Source: an uncultured Desulfobacteraceae bacterium
GTDB lineage: Bacteria; Desulfobacterota; Desulfobacteria; Desulfobacterales; Desulfosalsimonadaceae
Direction of reading: 5' to 3'
DNA length: 42,292 nucleotides
NCBI GenBank assembly: GCA_964481615.1
Contig: CAYZXZ010000002.1
Coordinates: 1-42,292, forward strand
Shown here: positions 1 through 8,978 of the stretch, piece by piece
Layout of the letters: every line of letters begins with the position of its first letter
How positions within the stretch are numbered: position 1 is the first letter of the stretch
Position numbers and translations under genes: made by a program
Notes under the pieces: generated by a model
Database searches by the model: none
Told to the model about the DNA's origin: nothing
Seen by the model: the letters and a program-made list of their open reading frames with translations, nothing else

Positions 1-1
1 T

Positions 2-499
2 GATCCCGGGGCCGAGCAGGAGATGTCGCTGATCATGGGGATCATCAACGCCATCCGCAATATTCGGGGAGAGATGAACATCCCGCCGTCCCAGGCCCTG
101 GCGGTGGTCGTTCAGACCGAAATCGAACAGAACAGATGCCTGCTCGATGTACAGCAGGGTCTGATCATAACTATCGCCCGGTTGTCTGAATTGCGCATTG
201 AGCCGGCGGGGCAAAAACCCAGGGCATCGGCAACTGCGGTTTTCAAAGACGCCGTGATCTCGGTGCGACTGGAAGGGGTGATCGATTTTGCAGTGGAGTC
301 GGCCCGGCTGGAAAAGGAAATCGTAAAGCTCGATACGGAAATCAATAAACTGAATGCCAAACTCAACAATTCAGCTTTTATGGAAAAGGCCCCGGAAAAC
401 GTGGTCGAAAAAGTCAGGGATCAGCACCGGGCGTGGAGCGAAAAAAAAGAGAAACTCTCCCATCAACGGGAGCGGATAAACGCGTTCCGTTTAGAATGA
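2..499 (+). CDS. valS: valyl-tRNA synthetase, C-terminal fragment (5' end lies outside the window)
   Basis: The frame is open from the window edge. The coiled-coil tail (LEKEIVKLDTEINKLNAKLNNSAFMEKAPENVVEKVRDQ) is typical of the ValS C-terminus. Stop TGA at 497-499. Confidence 0.85.
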   Translation, partial: DPGAEQEMSLIMGIINAIRNIRGEMNIPPSQALAVVVQTEIEQNRCLLDVQQGLIITIARLSELRIEPAGQKPRASATAVFKDAVISVRLEGVIDFAVESARLEKEIVKLDTEINKLNAKLNNSAFMEKAPENVVEKVRDQHRAWSEKKEKLSHQRERINAFRLE

Positions 500-528
500 A
501 AAAGCCGGAGACACAGGAGAGAAAACCT

Positions 529-1428
529 ATGACCCAACAGGAGTTTGACATATCTTCGGGCCGGGTGGATCATCTCATCGATCTGGCTCTTGAAGAAGAC
601 ATCGGACCCGGAGATATTTCCACCGCTTTTATCCACGGCATCCTTCGGCAAGGGCAGGGCCGCATCATGGCCAAGCAGGATCTGGTGGTCGCGGGCATAG
701 ACGTGGCCCGGCGGGTATTTGAAAAACTGGACCCCCATGTTGCGTTTTCCGCGAAATGTGCGGACGGGGAGGCTATTGAAAAGGGCCGGGTGATGGCCGA
801 GGTTCGTTCGTCCCTGCGGGTTCTGCTGATGGGTGAACGCACGGCCCTTAATTTTCTGCAACGGATGTCGGGCATTGCCACCCATGTCCGGGCCCATGTG
901 GACCTGCTTTCCGGAACGGCCGTGCGCCTGGTGGATACCCGCAAAACCATTCCCGGCTGGCGGGTTCTGGAAAAATACGCCGTGCGGATCGGCGGGGCTC
1001 ACAATCATCGCATGGGCCTTTTCGACGGGGTTCTACTCAAGGACAATCATATTGCGGCTGCGGGCGGCATTGCAAAGGCCGTGGATGCCGCCCGCGGCAA
1101 TGTATCCCATCTATGCCGGATCGAGGTGGAAGCCGCCAACACGGATGAGGTGGCACAGGCGTTAGAAGCCGGGGCCGACATCATCATGCTTGACAACATG
1201 GGAACCGAAGAGATCCGGGCCGCCGTCCGGATGATCAATGGCCGGGCCGTGGTGGAGGTGTCCGGCGGTGTGACAAAGGATCGCCTCCGGGAACTGGCTG
1301 ATACCGGTATTGACATCATTTCAGCCGGAGCACTGACCCATTCCGCCATTGCAGTGGACATCAGCATGAAAATTGCCCCGGCCGCGCCTCATGCCCCGGC
1401 TGCGATCATTTTGCCGTCCGATGGGTAA
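529..1428 (+). CDS. nadC: nicotinate-nucleotide (quinolinate) pyrophosphorylase
   Basis: QPRTase signature TRKTIPGWRVLEKYAVRIGGAHNHRMGLFDGVLLKDNHI. ATG 529 is preceded by AGGAGA (515-520). An alternative ATG at 496 overlaps the valS stop (ATGA). The ORF-track start at 433 lies inside valS. Confidence 0.9.
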   Translation: MTQQEFDISSGRVDHLIDLALEEDIGPGDISTAFIHGILRQGQGRIMAKQDLVVAGIDVARRVFEKLDPHVAFSAKCADGEAIEKGRVMAEVRSSLRVLLMGERTALNFLQRMSGIATHVRAHVDLLSGTAVRLVDTRKTIPGWRVLEKYAVRIGGAHNHRMGLFDGVLLKDNHIAAAGGIAKAVDAARGNVSHLCRIEVEAANTDEVAQALEAGADIIMLDNMGTEEIRAAVRMINGRAVVEVSGGVTKDRLRELADTGIDIISAGALTHSAIAVDISMKIAPAAPHAPAAIILPSDG

Positions 1429-1443
1429 TGGGACGGACGCCCC

Positions 1444-2424
1444 ATGATTCCGCTCCGGGACACGATCCCTTCTCAGACCTACCCGATTGTCACCTACACC
1501 CTGATCGGAATCAATATCGCCGTCTACCTGATCCAGCTGTCCAAGGGGCCGGCCATGGCGGAATTCGTTTACACCTACGGGCTGGTTCCGGCCCGTTTCA
1601 CCGATGCCGGCATCCGATCCGAGTTCCCCTTGATTGCGCATTTGACGGCCATGGTGTCGTTTATGTTCCTGCACGGCGGCTTCTGGCATATTCTCGGGAA
1701 CATGTGGACCTTATACATCTTCGGCGATAATGTCGAAGACCGTCTCGGATCTTTTTCCTATCTGGTGTTCTATCTGGCGGCCGGGTTCGTTTCCGGCATC
1801 CTTCACCTGTTCCTTAATCTGGATTCCAATATTCCCACCATCGGCGCAAGCGGGGCCATTGCCGGGGTCATGGGCGCCTATTTCATCTTGTATCCCAGAG
1901 CCCGGATCATCACACTGATACCGATTTTCATCTTTCCGCTGATCATCGAGATCCCTGCGTTTTTTTTTCTGGGCTTCTGGTTTTTTCTTCAAGTGTTAAA
2001 CGCCGCGGCCACCAGCGGTTTTGTCAGCGGCATTGCCTGGTGGGCGCATATCGGCGGGTTCGTGTTCGGGGTCGTCTTTCTGCAATATTTCCTGCGTCTG
2101 CCGGAAAAAGGGTTTTCGGGAAAGTTGAAACAGGCCTCGGTGAAAAAGAAGACGTCCGACCGTATTCAGGTGCTCTATCCCATGGGAGACGCCGGTGATA
2201 TTCATTTATACGAAATCCTCCGGATCACGCCCCATGAGGCCTCTGTGGGCGCAAAAAAGATGGTCAACATTCCCTGGAGTTTTTACAAACGGCTTTACCG
2301 GGTCAACATCCCCGCCGGGGTGAAAGACGGCACGATATTGCGGTTGAGCGGACAGGGCAGGCAGATGCCGGACGGACGCAAAGGCGATCTGTTTCTAAAA
2401 GTGAGAATCGAACAAACGCGGTAG
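1444..2424 (+). CDS. rhomboid-family intramembrane serine protease with a C-terminal DnaJ-C-like domain
   Basis: Multi-TM core with the rhomboid catalytic motifs GASGAIAG (Ser) and WWAHIGGF (His). Residues ~252-324 (VNIPAGVKDGTILRLSGQGRQMPDGRKGDLFLKVRIE) resemble the DnaJ C-terminal substrate-binding domain. Confidence 0.85.
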   Translation: MIPLRDTIPSQTYPIVTYTLIGINIAVYLIQLSKGPAMAEFVYTYGLVPARFTDAGIRSEFPLIAHLTAMVSFMFLHGGFWHILGNMWTLYIFGDNVEDRLGSFSYLVFYLAAGFVSGILHLFLNLDSNIPTIGASGAIAGVMGAYFILYPRARIITLIPIFIFPLIIEIPAFFFLGFWFFLQVLNAAATSGFVSGIAWWAHIGGFVFGVVFLQYFLRLPEKGFSGKLKQASVKKKTSDRIQVLYPMGDAGDIHLYEILRITPHEASVGAKKMVNIPWSFYKRLYRVNIPAGVKDGTILRLSGQGRQMPDGRKGDLFLKVRIEQTR

Positions 2425-2434
2425 ACTTTCAGGA

Positions 2435-3418
2435 TCAGCGGATCAGGTGAGCGACGCAGTTTCGACCCGCTTCTTTTGCCATATACATGGCCTTGTCGGC
2501 CCGACGGATAAATTCGGTCAGGGAATCCCCGACGGCATACCCGGTAACGCCGATACTCACGGTGACTTTTTCAGGTTCCGGAACGGATAGGAAATTGTTT
2601 TCAATCGTTTCCCGGGTACGTTGCGCCACATTGACGGCTGCCGAACAATCGGTTTCCGGTAGAAGCGCGGTGAATTCCTCCCCTCCGTAACGATAGACCG
2701 AATCCAGGGTCCGCATGCACGAGACGATGAGTTGGGCCGTTTCCCGCAGGACCTTGTCTCCCTCGAGATGGCCGTTTCGATCATTGTATTTCTTGAAATG
2801 ATCGATGTCGATGAGCAGCATGGAAAGAGGGCGGCCATATCGGTTGAACCGGCTGATTTCCGTTTCCAGCTGGTGATAGAAGTGCCGGCTGTTGAACAGT
2901 TTTGTGAGGCCGTCGGTGATGGCGAGTTCCTTGAGTTGTTCGAGCATCCGGTCCCGTTCCCGGGTCAACTCCCGTTCCTTGAGCACCCGCTTTAATCGCA
3001 GCAACAGTTCCTCGAGCTTGAACGGTTTGAAAAGAAAATCATCTGCGCCTTTTCCGATGGCCTCTTCGTAAAAATAATCTTTGGTATAGCCCGTGATGAC
3101 GATGATATCCGTGTCATACCGTTTCTTGATGTATTGCGTCATTTCAAGGCCGTCCATTCCGTTCATGATGATATCGGTGATCACAACGTCGATTTTTTTA
3201 GATTTCAGGATGACAAGAGTCTGTTCGGCGTTTTCGGCGCTGTCAGCGGAAAAACCGGCGAGGCTCAAATATTCGGCGATGGAGCTGCGGATCTCCGGAT
3301 CATCATCAACAATGAGAATGGCGGCCGGCGTCAAGGGTTGTTTGAGGGAATTTGAAAGTGATGAATGCATGCCCGTATTGACATGTAAGAGTTCATATGG
3401 TATTTTTCGTATTTCCAT
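2435..3418 (-). CDS. response regulator receiver + GGDEF diguanylate cyclase
   Basis: REC domain (ILIVDDDPEIR...DVVITDIIMNGMDG...KPF), a coiled linker, then a GGDEF domain with an RYGGEEF active site. The start is uncertain (3418 or ATG 3370). Confidence 0.9.
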   Translation of the reverse strand: MEIRKIPYELLHVNTGMHSSLSNSLKQPLTPAAILIVDDDPEIRSSIAEYLSLAGFSADSAENAEQTLVILKSKKIDVVITDIIMNGMDGLEMTQYIKKRYDTDIIVITGYTKDYFYEEAIGKGADDFLFKPFKLEELLLRLKRVLKERELTRERDRMLEQLKELAITDGLTKLFNSRHFYHQLETEISRFNRYGRPLSMLLIDIDHFKKYNDRNGHLEGDKVLRETAQLIVSCMRTLDSVYRYGGEEFTALLPETDCSAAVNVAQRTRETIENNFLSVPEPEKVTVSIGVTGYAVGDSLTEFIRRADKAMYMAKEAGRNCVAHLIR

Positions 3419-3498
3419 ATAAAAAAGAATCTAACACAAACGGCAAAAAAGTGTCAAATATCTTTTTGCCGTTTTTTTTCAACGACAGATTGGAATTT

Positions 3499-5313
3499 AT
3501 GAAAACTACGCATGTCAAAATGGACCGGATCCGCAATTTCAGCATCATCGCCCATATCGATCACGGCAAATCCACCCTTTCGGATAGGCTGATACAAGCG
3601 ACGGGTGTCGTATCCGAGAGGGATTTCCGGGATCAGATTCTCGACAACATGGATATCGAGCGAGAGAGGGGAATCACCATCAAGAGCCAGACCATATGCC
3701 TTCCCTACACAGCGGAAGACGGGGCGAACTATCACTTAAACCTGATCGATACGCCCGGTCACGTGGATTTCACGTACGAAGTTTCCCGGGCGCTGGCGTC
3801 CTGCGAGGGCGCGCTCCTGCTCATCGATGCCAGTCAGGGCGTTGAGGCCCAGACCATCGCCAACATGTACCTGGCGGTGGATCACAACCTTGAAATCATT
3901 CCCGTCATCAACAAGATCGACCTGCCTTCAGCAGACATCGATATAGTCATGGAACAGATCGCCGAAGATCTCGGCCTGGATCCCGAGACCGCTATTTTAT
4001 GTTCGGCAAAGGAAAATATCGGAATCGACCAGATGCTGGAGGTGATCGTCAATCGTTTTCATCCGCCGTCCGGCGATCCCGACGATCCTCTGAGGGCTCT
4101 TATTTTCGACTCGCATTATGACCCGTATCGTGGGACCATCATTCATGTCCGGGTGTTTGAGGGAACCGTTCGGCCCGGTGATGAAATCCTTTTCATGGCT
4201 ACCAACGCCCGACATGTCGTCGAAGAAGTCGGCATTTTCCAGCTGACCCGCATCCCTCGTGACCGTCTGTCCGCTGGAAGCGTCGGATATGTTATCTCCG
4301 GTATCAAGACCGTAGACGAAACCCGGTGCGGTGATACGGTCACGCTCAAAAACAGGCCCTGCGCCGAACCGCTGCCCGGGTTCAAGGAAACCAAGCCTGT
4401 CGTCTTTTCATCGCTTTATCCCGTTTCGTCGGATGACTACCCGGAACTGGCCGCGGCCCTGGAAAAACTCAAGCTCAATGATGCGTCACTGATCTATGCC
4501 AAGGATTTTTCCACCGCCCTGGGATTCGGTTTCCGTTGCGGATTTCTCGGTCTGCTTCACCTGGAGGTGGTCCAGGAAAGGCTGGAAAGGGAATATGATC
4601 TTTCGCTGATCCTGACGGCCCCATCCGTGGAATACCGGTTGATCCTCAAGAACGGCGAAAACTTGACCATTGACAACCCCGCGGTCTATCCGGATCCCAT
4701 GAAGATTGAAAAGTCCCTTGAGCCTTTCATCAAGGCATCCATCATGATTCCGGACAAGTACATGGGACCGGTGATGAGCCTCTGTCTTGAGCGCCGTGGG
4801 ATCAATACCAATTACCAGTATTTCAGCAGCAGCCGCATGGAAATGATCTTTGAACTGCCCCTGGCCGAAGTGATCTACGATTTTTATGATAAACTCAAAT
4901 CCGTGACCCAGGGCTACGGCTCATTTGACTATGAATTAATCGATTATCGCGAAACCGATCTGAGCAAGGTTGATATCCTGGTCAACGGCGAGCGGGTGGA
5001 TGCCCTGTCCCAGCTGGTTCATCGGGACCGGGCCGTTGAACGGGCCAAGTTCGCCTGCGAGAAACTCAAGGATGAAATCCCCCGTCAGATGTTTAAAATC
5101 GCCATCCAGGGGGCCATCGGCGCGAAAATCATTTCCCGCCAGACCATCTCTCCGTTTCGAAAGGATGTGACCGCCAAATGTTACGGCGGCGACATCACCC
5201 GAAAACGGAAATTGCTGGAAAAACAGAAAAAAGGAAAAAAACGGATGAAAATGGTGGGGGATGTGATGATCCCCCAGTCTGCGTTTTTGTCCGTGTTGAA
5301 GAGCAAGGATTGA
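3499..5313 (+). CDS. lepA: translation elongation factor 4
   Basis: IRNFSIIAHIDHGKSTL, DTPGHVDF and NKIDL GTPase motifs, plus a full-length LepA-like C-terminus. ATG 3499 matches the usual LepA N-terminus. The ORF-track start at 3397 adds a low-complexity extension. Confidence 0.95.
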   Translation: MKTTHVKMDRIRNFSIIAHIDHGKSTLSDRLIQATGVVSERDFRDQILDNMDIERERGITIKSQTICLPYTAEDGANYHLNLIDTPGHVDFTYEVSRALASCEGALLLIDASQGVEAQTIANMYLAVDHNLEIIPVINKIDLPSADIDIVMEQIAEDLGLDPETAILCSAKENIGIDQMLEVIVNRFHPPSGDPDDPLRALIFDSHYDPYRGTIIHVRVFEGTVRPGDEILFMATNARHVVEEVGIFQLTRIPRDRLSAGSVGYVISGIKTVDETRCGDTVTLKNRPCAEPLPGFKETKPVVFSSLYPVSSDDYPELAAALEKLKLNDASLIYAKDFSTALGFGFRCGFLGLLHLEVVQERLEREYDLSLILTAPSVEYRLILKNGENLTIDNPAVYPDPMKIEKSLEPFIKASIMIPDKYMGPVMSLCLERRGINTNYQYFSSSRMEMIFELPLAEVIYDFYDKLKSVTQGYGSFDYELIDYRETDLSKVDILVNGERVDALSQLVHRDRAVERAKFACEKLKDEIPRQMFKIAIQGAIGAKIISRQTISPFRKDVTAKCYGGDITRKRKLLEKQKKGKKRMKMVGDVMIPQSAFLSVLKSKD

Positions 5314-5320
5314 TGGCCTT

Positions 5321-5336
5321 GCAGACGATCGTCTGC
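5321..5336. terminator. perfect 16-nt palindrome GCAGACGATCGTCTGC between convergent lepA and ndk; possible bidirectional terminator stem
   Basis: Read directly. It lies in the 88-nt gap between the two stop codons. The only downstream T-tract is a weak CTTTTCT. Confidence 0.3.
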
Positions 5337-5401
5337 GAGCCTTTTCTGACCGGTTAACGGCAGGAAGTTCCGTGGAGGCCCGACTTCTTTGTCGCACCGC
5401 A

Positions 5402-5824
5402 TCATCCTGAAAAGACTTCGAGTCCATTAAAGAAGAAGCCGATTTCAATGGCGGCGGTCCCGGGCGCATCCGATCCATGGACGATGTTTTTTTCGATATC
5501 GGTTGCAAAATCCCGGCGGATCGTGCCTTCTTCCGCGTCCTTGTAATTGGTGGCGCCCATGAGGGTCCGGTTTTTTTCGATGACGTTGTCGCCTTCGAGA
5601 ATCATGACCACAACCGGCCCCGAGGACATGAATTGCGTCAGGCTGTCAAAAAACGGCCGGTCCTTGTGGACCGCGTAGAAACGCCGTGCCTGTTCCACGT
5701 TCAGATGCACCATTTTCATGGCCATGATCCGGATGTTGTTTTTTTCAAATCGACCGACCACTTCTCCGATCAGTCCGCGGGCAACACCGTCTGGTTTGAT
5801 GATTGATAAAGTCTTCTCAGTCAT
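5402..5824 (-). CDS. ndk: nucleoside diphosphate kinase
   Basis: TLSIIKPDG...NIVHGSD (active-site His). AAGGAG Shine-Dalgarno sequence upstream on the minus strand. Confidence 0.95.
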   Translation of the reverse strand: MTEKTLSIIKPDGVARGLIGEVVGRFEKNNIRIMAMKMVHLNVEQARRFYAVHKDRPFFDSLTQFMSSGPVVVMILEGDNVIEKNRTLMGATNYKDAEEGTIRRDFATDIEKNIVHGSDAPGTAAIEIGFFFNGLEVFSG

Positions 5825-5944
5825 TTTTAAAGCTCCTTATTTTATATCATGAGGTTTGGGGTTTTTCACGTCGGTTGTGAGTGTTCGGCGAGATATCAAA
5901 AGCATAACGGCAAGTCAACCCAATCATCACCATGAGGAGGGGAA

Positions 5945-6496
5945 ATGAGCAAAACGATCATAGACAGAATTGAAATCATGCAGGGAGACATCACCCGATT
6001 GATCGTGGATGCCATCGTCAATGCGGCCAACAAAACACTGCTGGGCGGAGGCGGGGTGGACGGCGCCATTCATCGGGTCGCCGGACCCCGGCTCCTGGAA
6101 GTCTGCCGAAAACTGGGCGGCTGCGAAACCGGACAGGCCAGGATTACAGACGGTTATGATCTGCCGGCCCGGTATGTGATCCATACGGTGGGGCCGGTAT
6201 ACCGGGGAACGGCAGAGGATGAAAAGCTGCTGGCCGACTGTTACCGGAACAGCCTACAAACAGCGGTGAGCCATCGGGTTGCAACGATTGCGTTTCCGGC
6301 CATCAGTTGCGGTGTATACGGATATCCCGTCGAGGAAGCTTGTGAAATCGCGGTGGGAACCACCATCGATTTTCTTAAAAAGAACGAGAGCATCCGCAAG
6401 GTAATTTTTGTACTGTTTTCCGACCGGCATTTGCAGGCATACCGAAGCGTCCTCGATTTTCACGCGGGCGCCGCCGGCGACAGTCAGGATGACTAA
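5945..6496 (+). CDS. macro-domain protein (O-acetyl-ADP-ribose deacetylase, YmdB-like)
   Basis: IVNAANKTLLGGGGVDGAIH...VIHTVGPVY...IAFPAISCGVYGYP. GAGGAGG Shine-Dalgarno sequence upstream. Confidence 0.9.
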   Translation: MSKTIIDRIEIMQGDITRLIVDAIVNAANKTLLGGGGVDGAIHRVAGPRLLEVCRKLGGCETGQARITDGYDLPARYVIHTVGPVYRGTAEDEKLLADCYRNSLQTAVSHRVATIAFPAISCGVYGYPVEEACEIAVGTTIDFLKKNESIRKVIFVLFSDRHLQAYRSVLDFHAGAAGDSQDD

Positions 6497-6612
6497 CCCG
6501 AATATTTTGCGCAAATGATATTGACAAGCCATTGGAGAATCACTACGTTGACATCAAAGATTTTGTGATGTTTATTAATTTTTTGGTCATAATTTCATAA
6601 ATGGAGGCTGGC

Positions 6613-6924
6613 ATGTTTGAAGTTACCGAAGCCGCACAACAGCAGGTTGCGGCGTATTTCAAGGACAAGGAAGTAAAGCCCATCCGGCTTTTTCTGAATC
6701 AGGGCGGTTGAGGAGGCCCTTCACTTGCACTGGTTCTGGATGAACCAAATGATCTGGATGCGGTTTTTGATATCGATTCCTATAAATTTATCGTCAACAA
6801 GCGACTGCTTCAGGAAGCCGAACCGGTTTCCATTGATTTCACCGGGTATGGATTTAACATTTCCTCCAGTCTGAAAAAAAGCGGCGGGTGCTCGAGTTGC
6901 GGTACGACTGACACCTGCGGCTGA
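6613..6924 (+). CDS. HesB/IscA-like selenoprotein, 103 aa, with in-frame TGA (6709-6711) read as selenocysteine at residue 33
   Basis: Absent from the ORF track. GGAGG at 6603-6607, 5 nt before ATG 6613. Translation: MFEVTEAAQQQVAAYFKDKEVKPIRLFLNQGG-U-GGPSLALVLDEPNDLDAVFDIDSYKFIVNKRLLQEAEPVSIDFTGYGFNISSSLKKSGGCSSCGTTDTCG. The TGA sits where A-type Fe-S carrier proteins carry the first conserved Cys. The frame stays open for 70 more codons, to TGA 6922-6924. Confidence 0.8.
6731..6747 (+). promoter_or_regulatory. SECIS-like hairpin downstream of the Sec UGA
   Basis: UGGUUC-UGGAU-GAACCA: a 6-bp stem with a 5-nt G-containing apical loop. The stem begins 19 nt after the UGA, within the spacing range usual for bacterial SECIS elements. 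Confidence 0.55.
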
Positions 6925-6952
6925 CCATCGGTCATTGTATCGATCGCGGATC

Positions 6953-6993
6953 ATATGGCGATATTGCCGGCATGGCGTATCGCCATATTTTTT
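6953..6993 (+). terminator. rho-independent terminator of the selenoprotein gene
   Basis: An 11-bp stem, ATATGGCGATA (6953-6963) / TATCGCCATAT (6978-6988), is followed by TTTTT (6989-6993). It lies 29 nt after the stop codon. Confidence 0.7.
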
Positions 6994-7009
6994 ACCGGCA
7001 ACGTGACGG

Positions 7010-8296
7010 TCATCCCATCCATGCGAGAATGCCGAAATAAAGTATGCTCACAGCCATTACGGCCCCGCAAGGCATCCAGAGCCGGCGGTACACGTCTTTC
7101 ATATCAGCGTTGAAATAATGGTTTGAAAGAATCAGACAGAGATGCAGTGGGGACAGCAGGACGCCTGTGAATCCCGAGCAGAGCAGGAGCATCATATAGG
7201 CCGGTATAATCTGCCCATGATCGACGGCGTGAATCAGGGGAAGGATAATGGGAAGGGTGGCGCCTACGCATGCTACCGTAATACCCGTGACCATGCCCAC
7301 CAGAAATGGCAGCAGAATGGTGATGATCACGACCGGAATTTTGAGCATCGCCAGTTCGTTGCTGACGGCGTTGACCGCGTGGCTGTCCTCCAGTATTTGT
7401 TTGAAGGCGAAAATGGCAAAGATCATATAAATCATTTTGACCAGTTCCGGCCGGACGATGATCCGTAGCAGTGTGTCCGCGTTCATGCCGTCCTGAATCA
7501 TGATCCAGGCGATAGCGATTGCCAGGGCCGTGATCAGTCCGAGTTCCTTGCCCGCCCTGAAATCCGGAAGCAGGGCCGACAAGGCCCAGCCCAGGCCCAG
7601 TCCGATAACAATGACGATGCCGATGGGAAACAGATCCTTGAGGAAGGGGATCACGCTTTTATCGGCTTCGAACGGCGGCCCCAGCCCGGTGATTTCCTTC
7701 CGGAGTTTCAGGTATCCGAAACCCGTAGCGCAAATGCTTACCGGCAGCATGCAGAGGATGAACAGGGCCATATGAACCTCCGACATCACGATGATCAGCA
7801 GGAAACCGGGATACATTGGCCACCAGTATTCCCAGATATGCCGAAACCAGTAATTGACGAAACTCAGCTGTGCGCCTGACAACTTCAGGGTCCGGCCGAG
7901 TTCCTTAACCATGGGCGCGGAAAAAATCGCACCCCCCGGCATGGGCAGAAGACCGATAATCGATGGAAAAACAATGAGATTGATACGCGGATGTGAAAGA
8001 ATGCCCTTGAAATTATCAAGCATGCGCACCATGCGGCCGGTTTTTTCCATGCACTGGCTCAACACCAGGATCATGGAGACCACAACAGCCAGAGACAGGG
8101 ATTGCAAGGACGTTGTTGATACCCAGAGGGATCGCGGGATACCGGTTACGGTCATGCCGAACAGCAAGCCAAGCAGGCAGGCCCCTATCAGGAACGCATT
8201 TCCCAGGGAAAATTTTCTGCGGATGGCCAGAAGGATGAATACAAAGGCGATGCCGACGCGAAGGACGGCGGGAACAGCATCAATCATCAGCGGCAT
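7010..8296 (-). CDS. polytopic inner-membrane permease (DUF401-like / ion-transporter superfamily; substrate unknown)
   Basis: About 12 predicted hydrophobic helices throughout. The family assignment is from memory only. Start chosen at MPLMIDAV (8296); the ORF-track start at 8365 adds a non-membrane, Cys/Arg-rich extension. Confidence 0.6.
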   Translation of the reverse strand: MPLMIDAVPAVLRVGIAFVFILLAIRRKFSLGNAFLIGACLLGLLFGMTVTGIPRSLWVSTTSLQSLSLAVVVSMILVLSQCMEKTGRMVRMLDNFKGILSHPRINLIVFPSIIGLLPMPGGAIFSAPMVKELGRTLKLSGAQLSFVNYWFRHIWEYWWPMYPGFLLIIVMSEVHMALFILCMLPVSICATGFGYLKLRKEITGLGPPFEADKSVIPFLKDLFPIGIVIVIGLGLGWALSALLPDFRAGKELGLITALAIAIAWIMIQDGMNADTLLRIIVRPELVKMIYMIFAIFAFKQILEDSHAVNAVSNELAMLKIPVVIITILLPFLVGMVTGITVACVGATLPIILPLIHAVDHGQIIPAYMMLLLCSGFTGVLLSPLHLCLILSNHYFNADMKDVYRRLWMPCGAVMAVSILYFGILAWMG

Positions 8297-8396
8297 GGGG
8301 GAACCATCGCATCGGTATTCCCCGCATGCCCCAGGACGCGGACGGGCAGCGACATCCTGAGGCATGCGGGGATGGACAGGCGTCAGATTGTGAAAA

Positions 8397-8666
8397 CTAT
8401 TTCACGGAATCTTTCAATGCTTTTCCGGCGGAAAACTTCGGAACATTGCGGGCCTTGATGTTGATGGGTGCGCCGGTTTGGGGATTTCTTCCTTTTCGTG
8501 CCGATCTTTTGACCGGTTTGAATGTGCCGAAACCCACCAGCGTGACCGTGTCGCCGTTGGACAGTGCATCGGTGATGGATGAGAAAACGCAATCAACCGC
8601 CGCCTGCGCATCTTTTTTGGTTCCGACCACTTTTGCCACTTCGTTGACTAAGTCCTTTTTGTTCAC
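8397..8666 (-). CDS. hup: DNA-binding protein HU
   Basis: MNKKDLV...[33 protein letters not shown] start with AAAGGAGA 7-8 nt upstream. Confidence 0.95.
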   Translation of the reverse strand: MNKKDLVNEVAKVVGTKKDAQAAVDCVFSSITDALSNGDTVTLVGFGTFKPVKRSARKGRNPQTGAPINIKARNVPKFSAGKALKDSVK

Positions 8667-8978
8667 TTTTTTTCTCCTTTCATTTCGTTGATGTTATGAG
8701 GTTGATGGACTTGCGCCGCACTACAATAAAACCGGTCAGACAAATCGACGAGATGGATGAAATCCTGAAAATGGAACGGACACCGTCGGTTAAGCGTGGT
8801 GTCAGGGGTTTGCGGCTGTACTGTCAGGAAACGACATATGGTCGAACTTACTTGCATGCCTGGTGTGTGTCAAGAAAAATAAGCGGTTTACAGTGTTTTT
8901 GTCGTGCGTGTCCGGCGCCAATGGCTTTATCGATGATTTGCCGACTTCGGCCGGACACTGTTAAAGAAAATTGAAATA

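Noticed and set aside
433-528. The N-terminal extension of nadC given by the ORF track.
   Set aside because: It overlaps the valS coding end in another frame. The conserved NadC sequence begins after ATG 529, which has a proper Shine-Dalgarno sequence.
6721-6954. A 77-aa minus-strand ORF, the only track entry in this interval.
   Set aside because: It lies antisense to the second half of the HesB-like selenoprotein gene. The + strand reading has a Shine-Dalgarno sequence, family-like sequence and a terminator, whereas this ORF has none of these.
8696-8974. A 92-aa + strand ORF in the HU-pilD intergenic region.
   Set aside because: It has no Shine-Dalgarno sequence and an Arg/Cys-rich, non-protein-like composition. 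The region is more plausibly the HU promoter and 5' UTR, with a candidate minus-strand TTGACA (8868-8873)-N17-TAAGTT (8845-8850). I saw no convincing structured RNA there.
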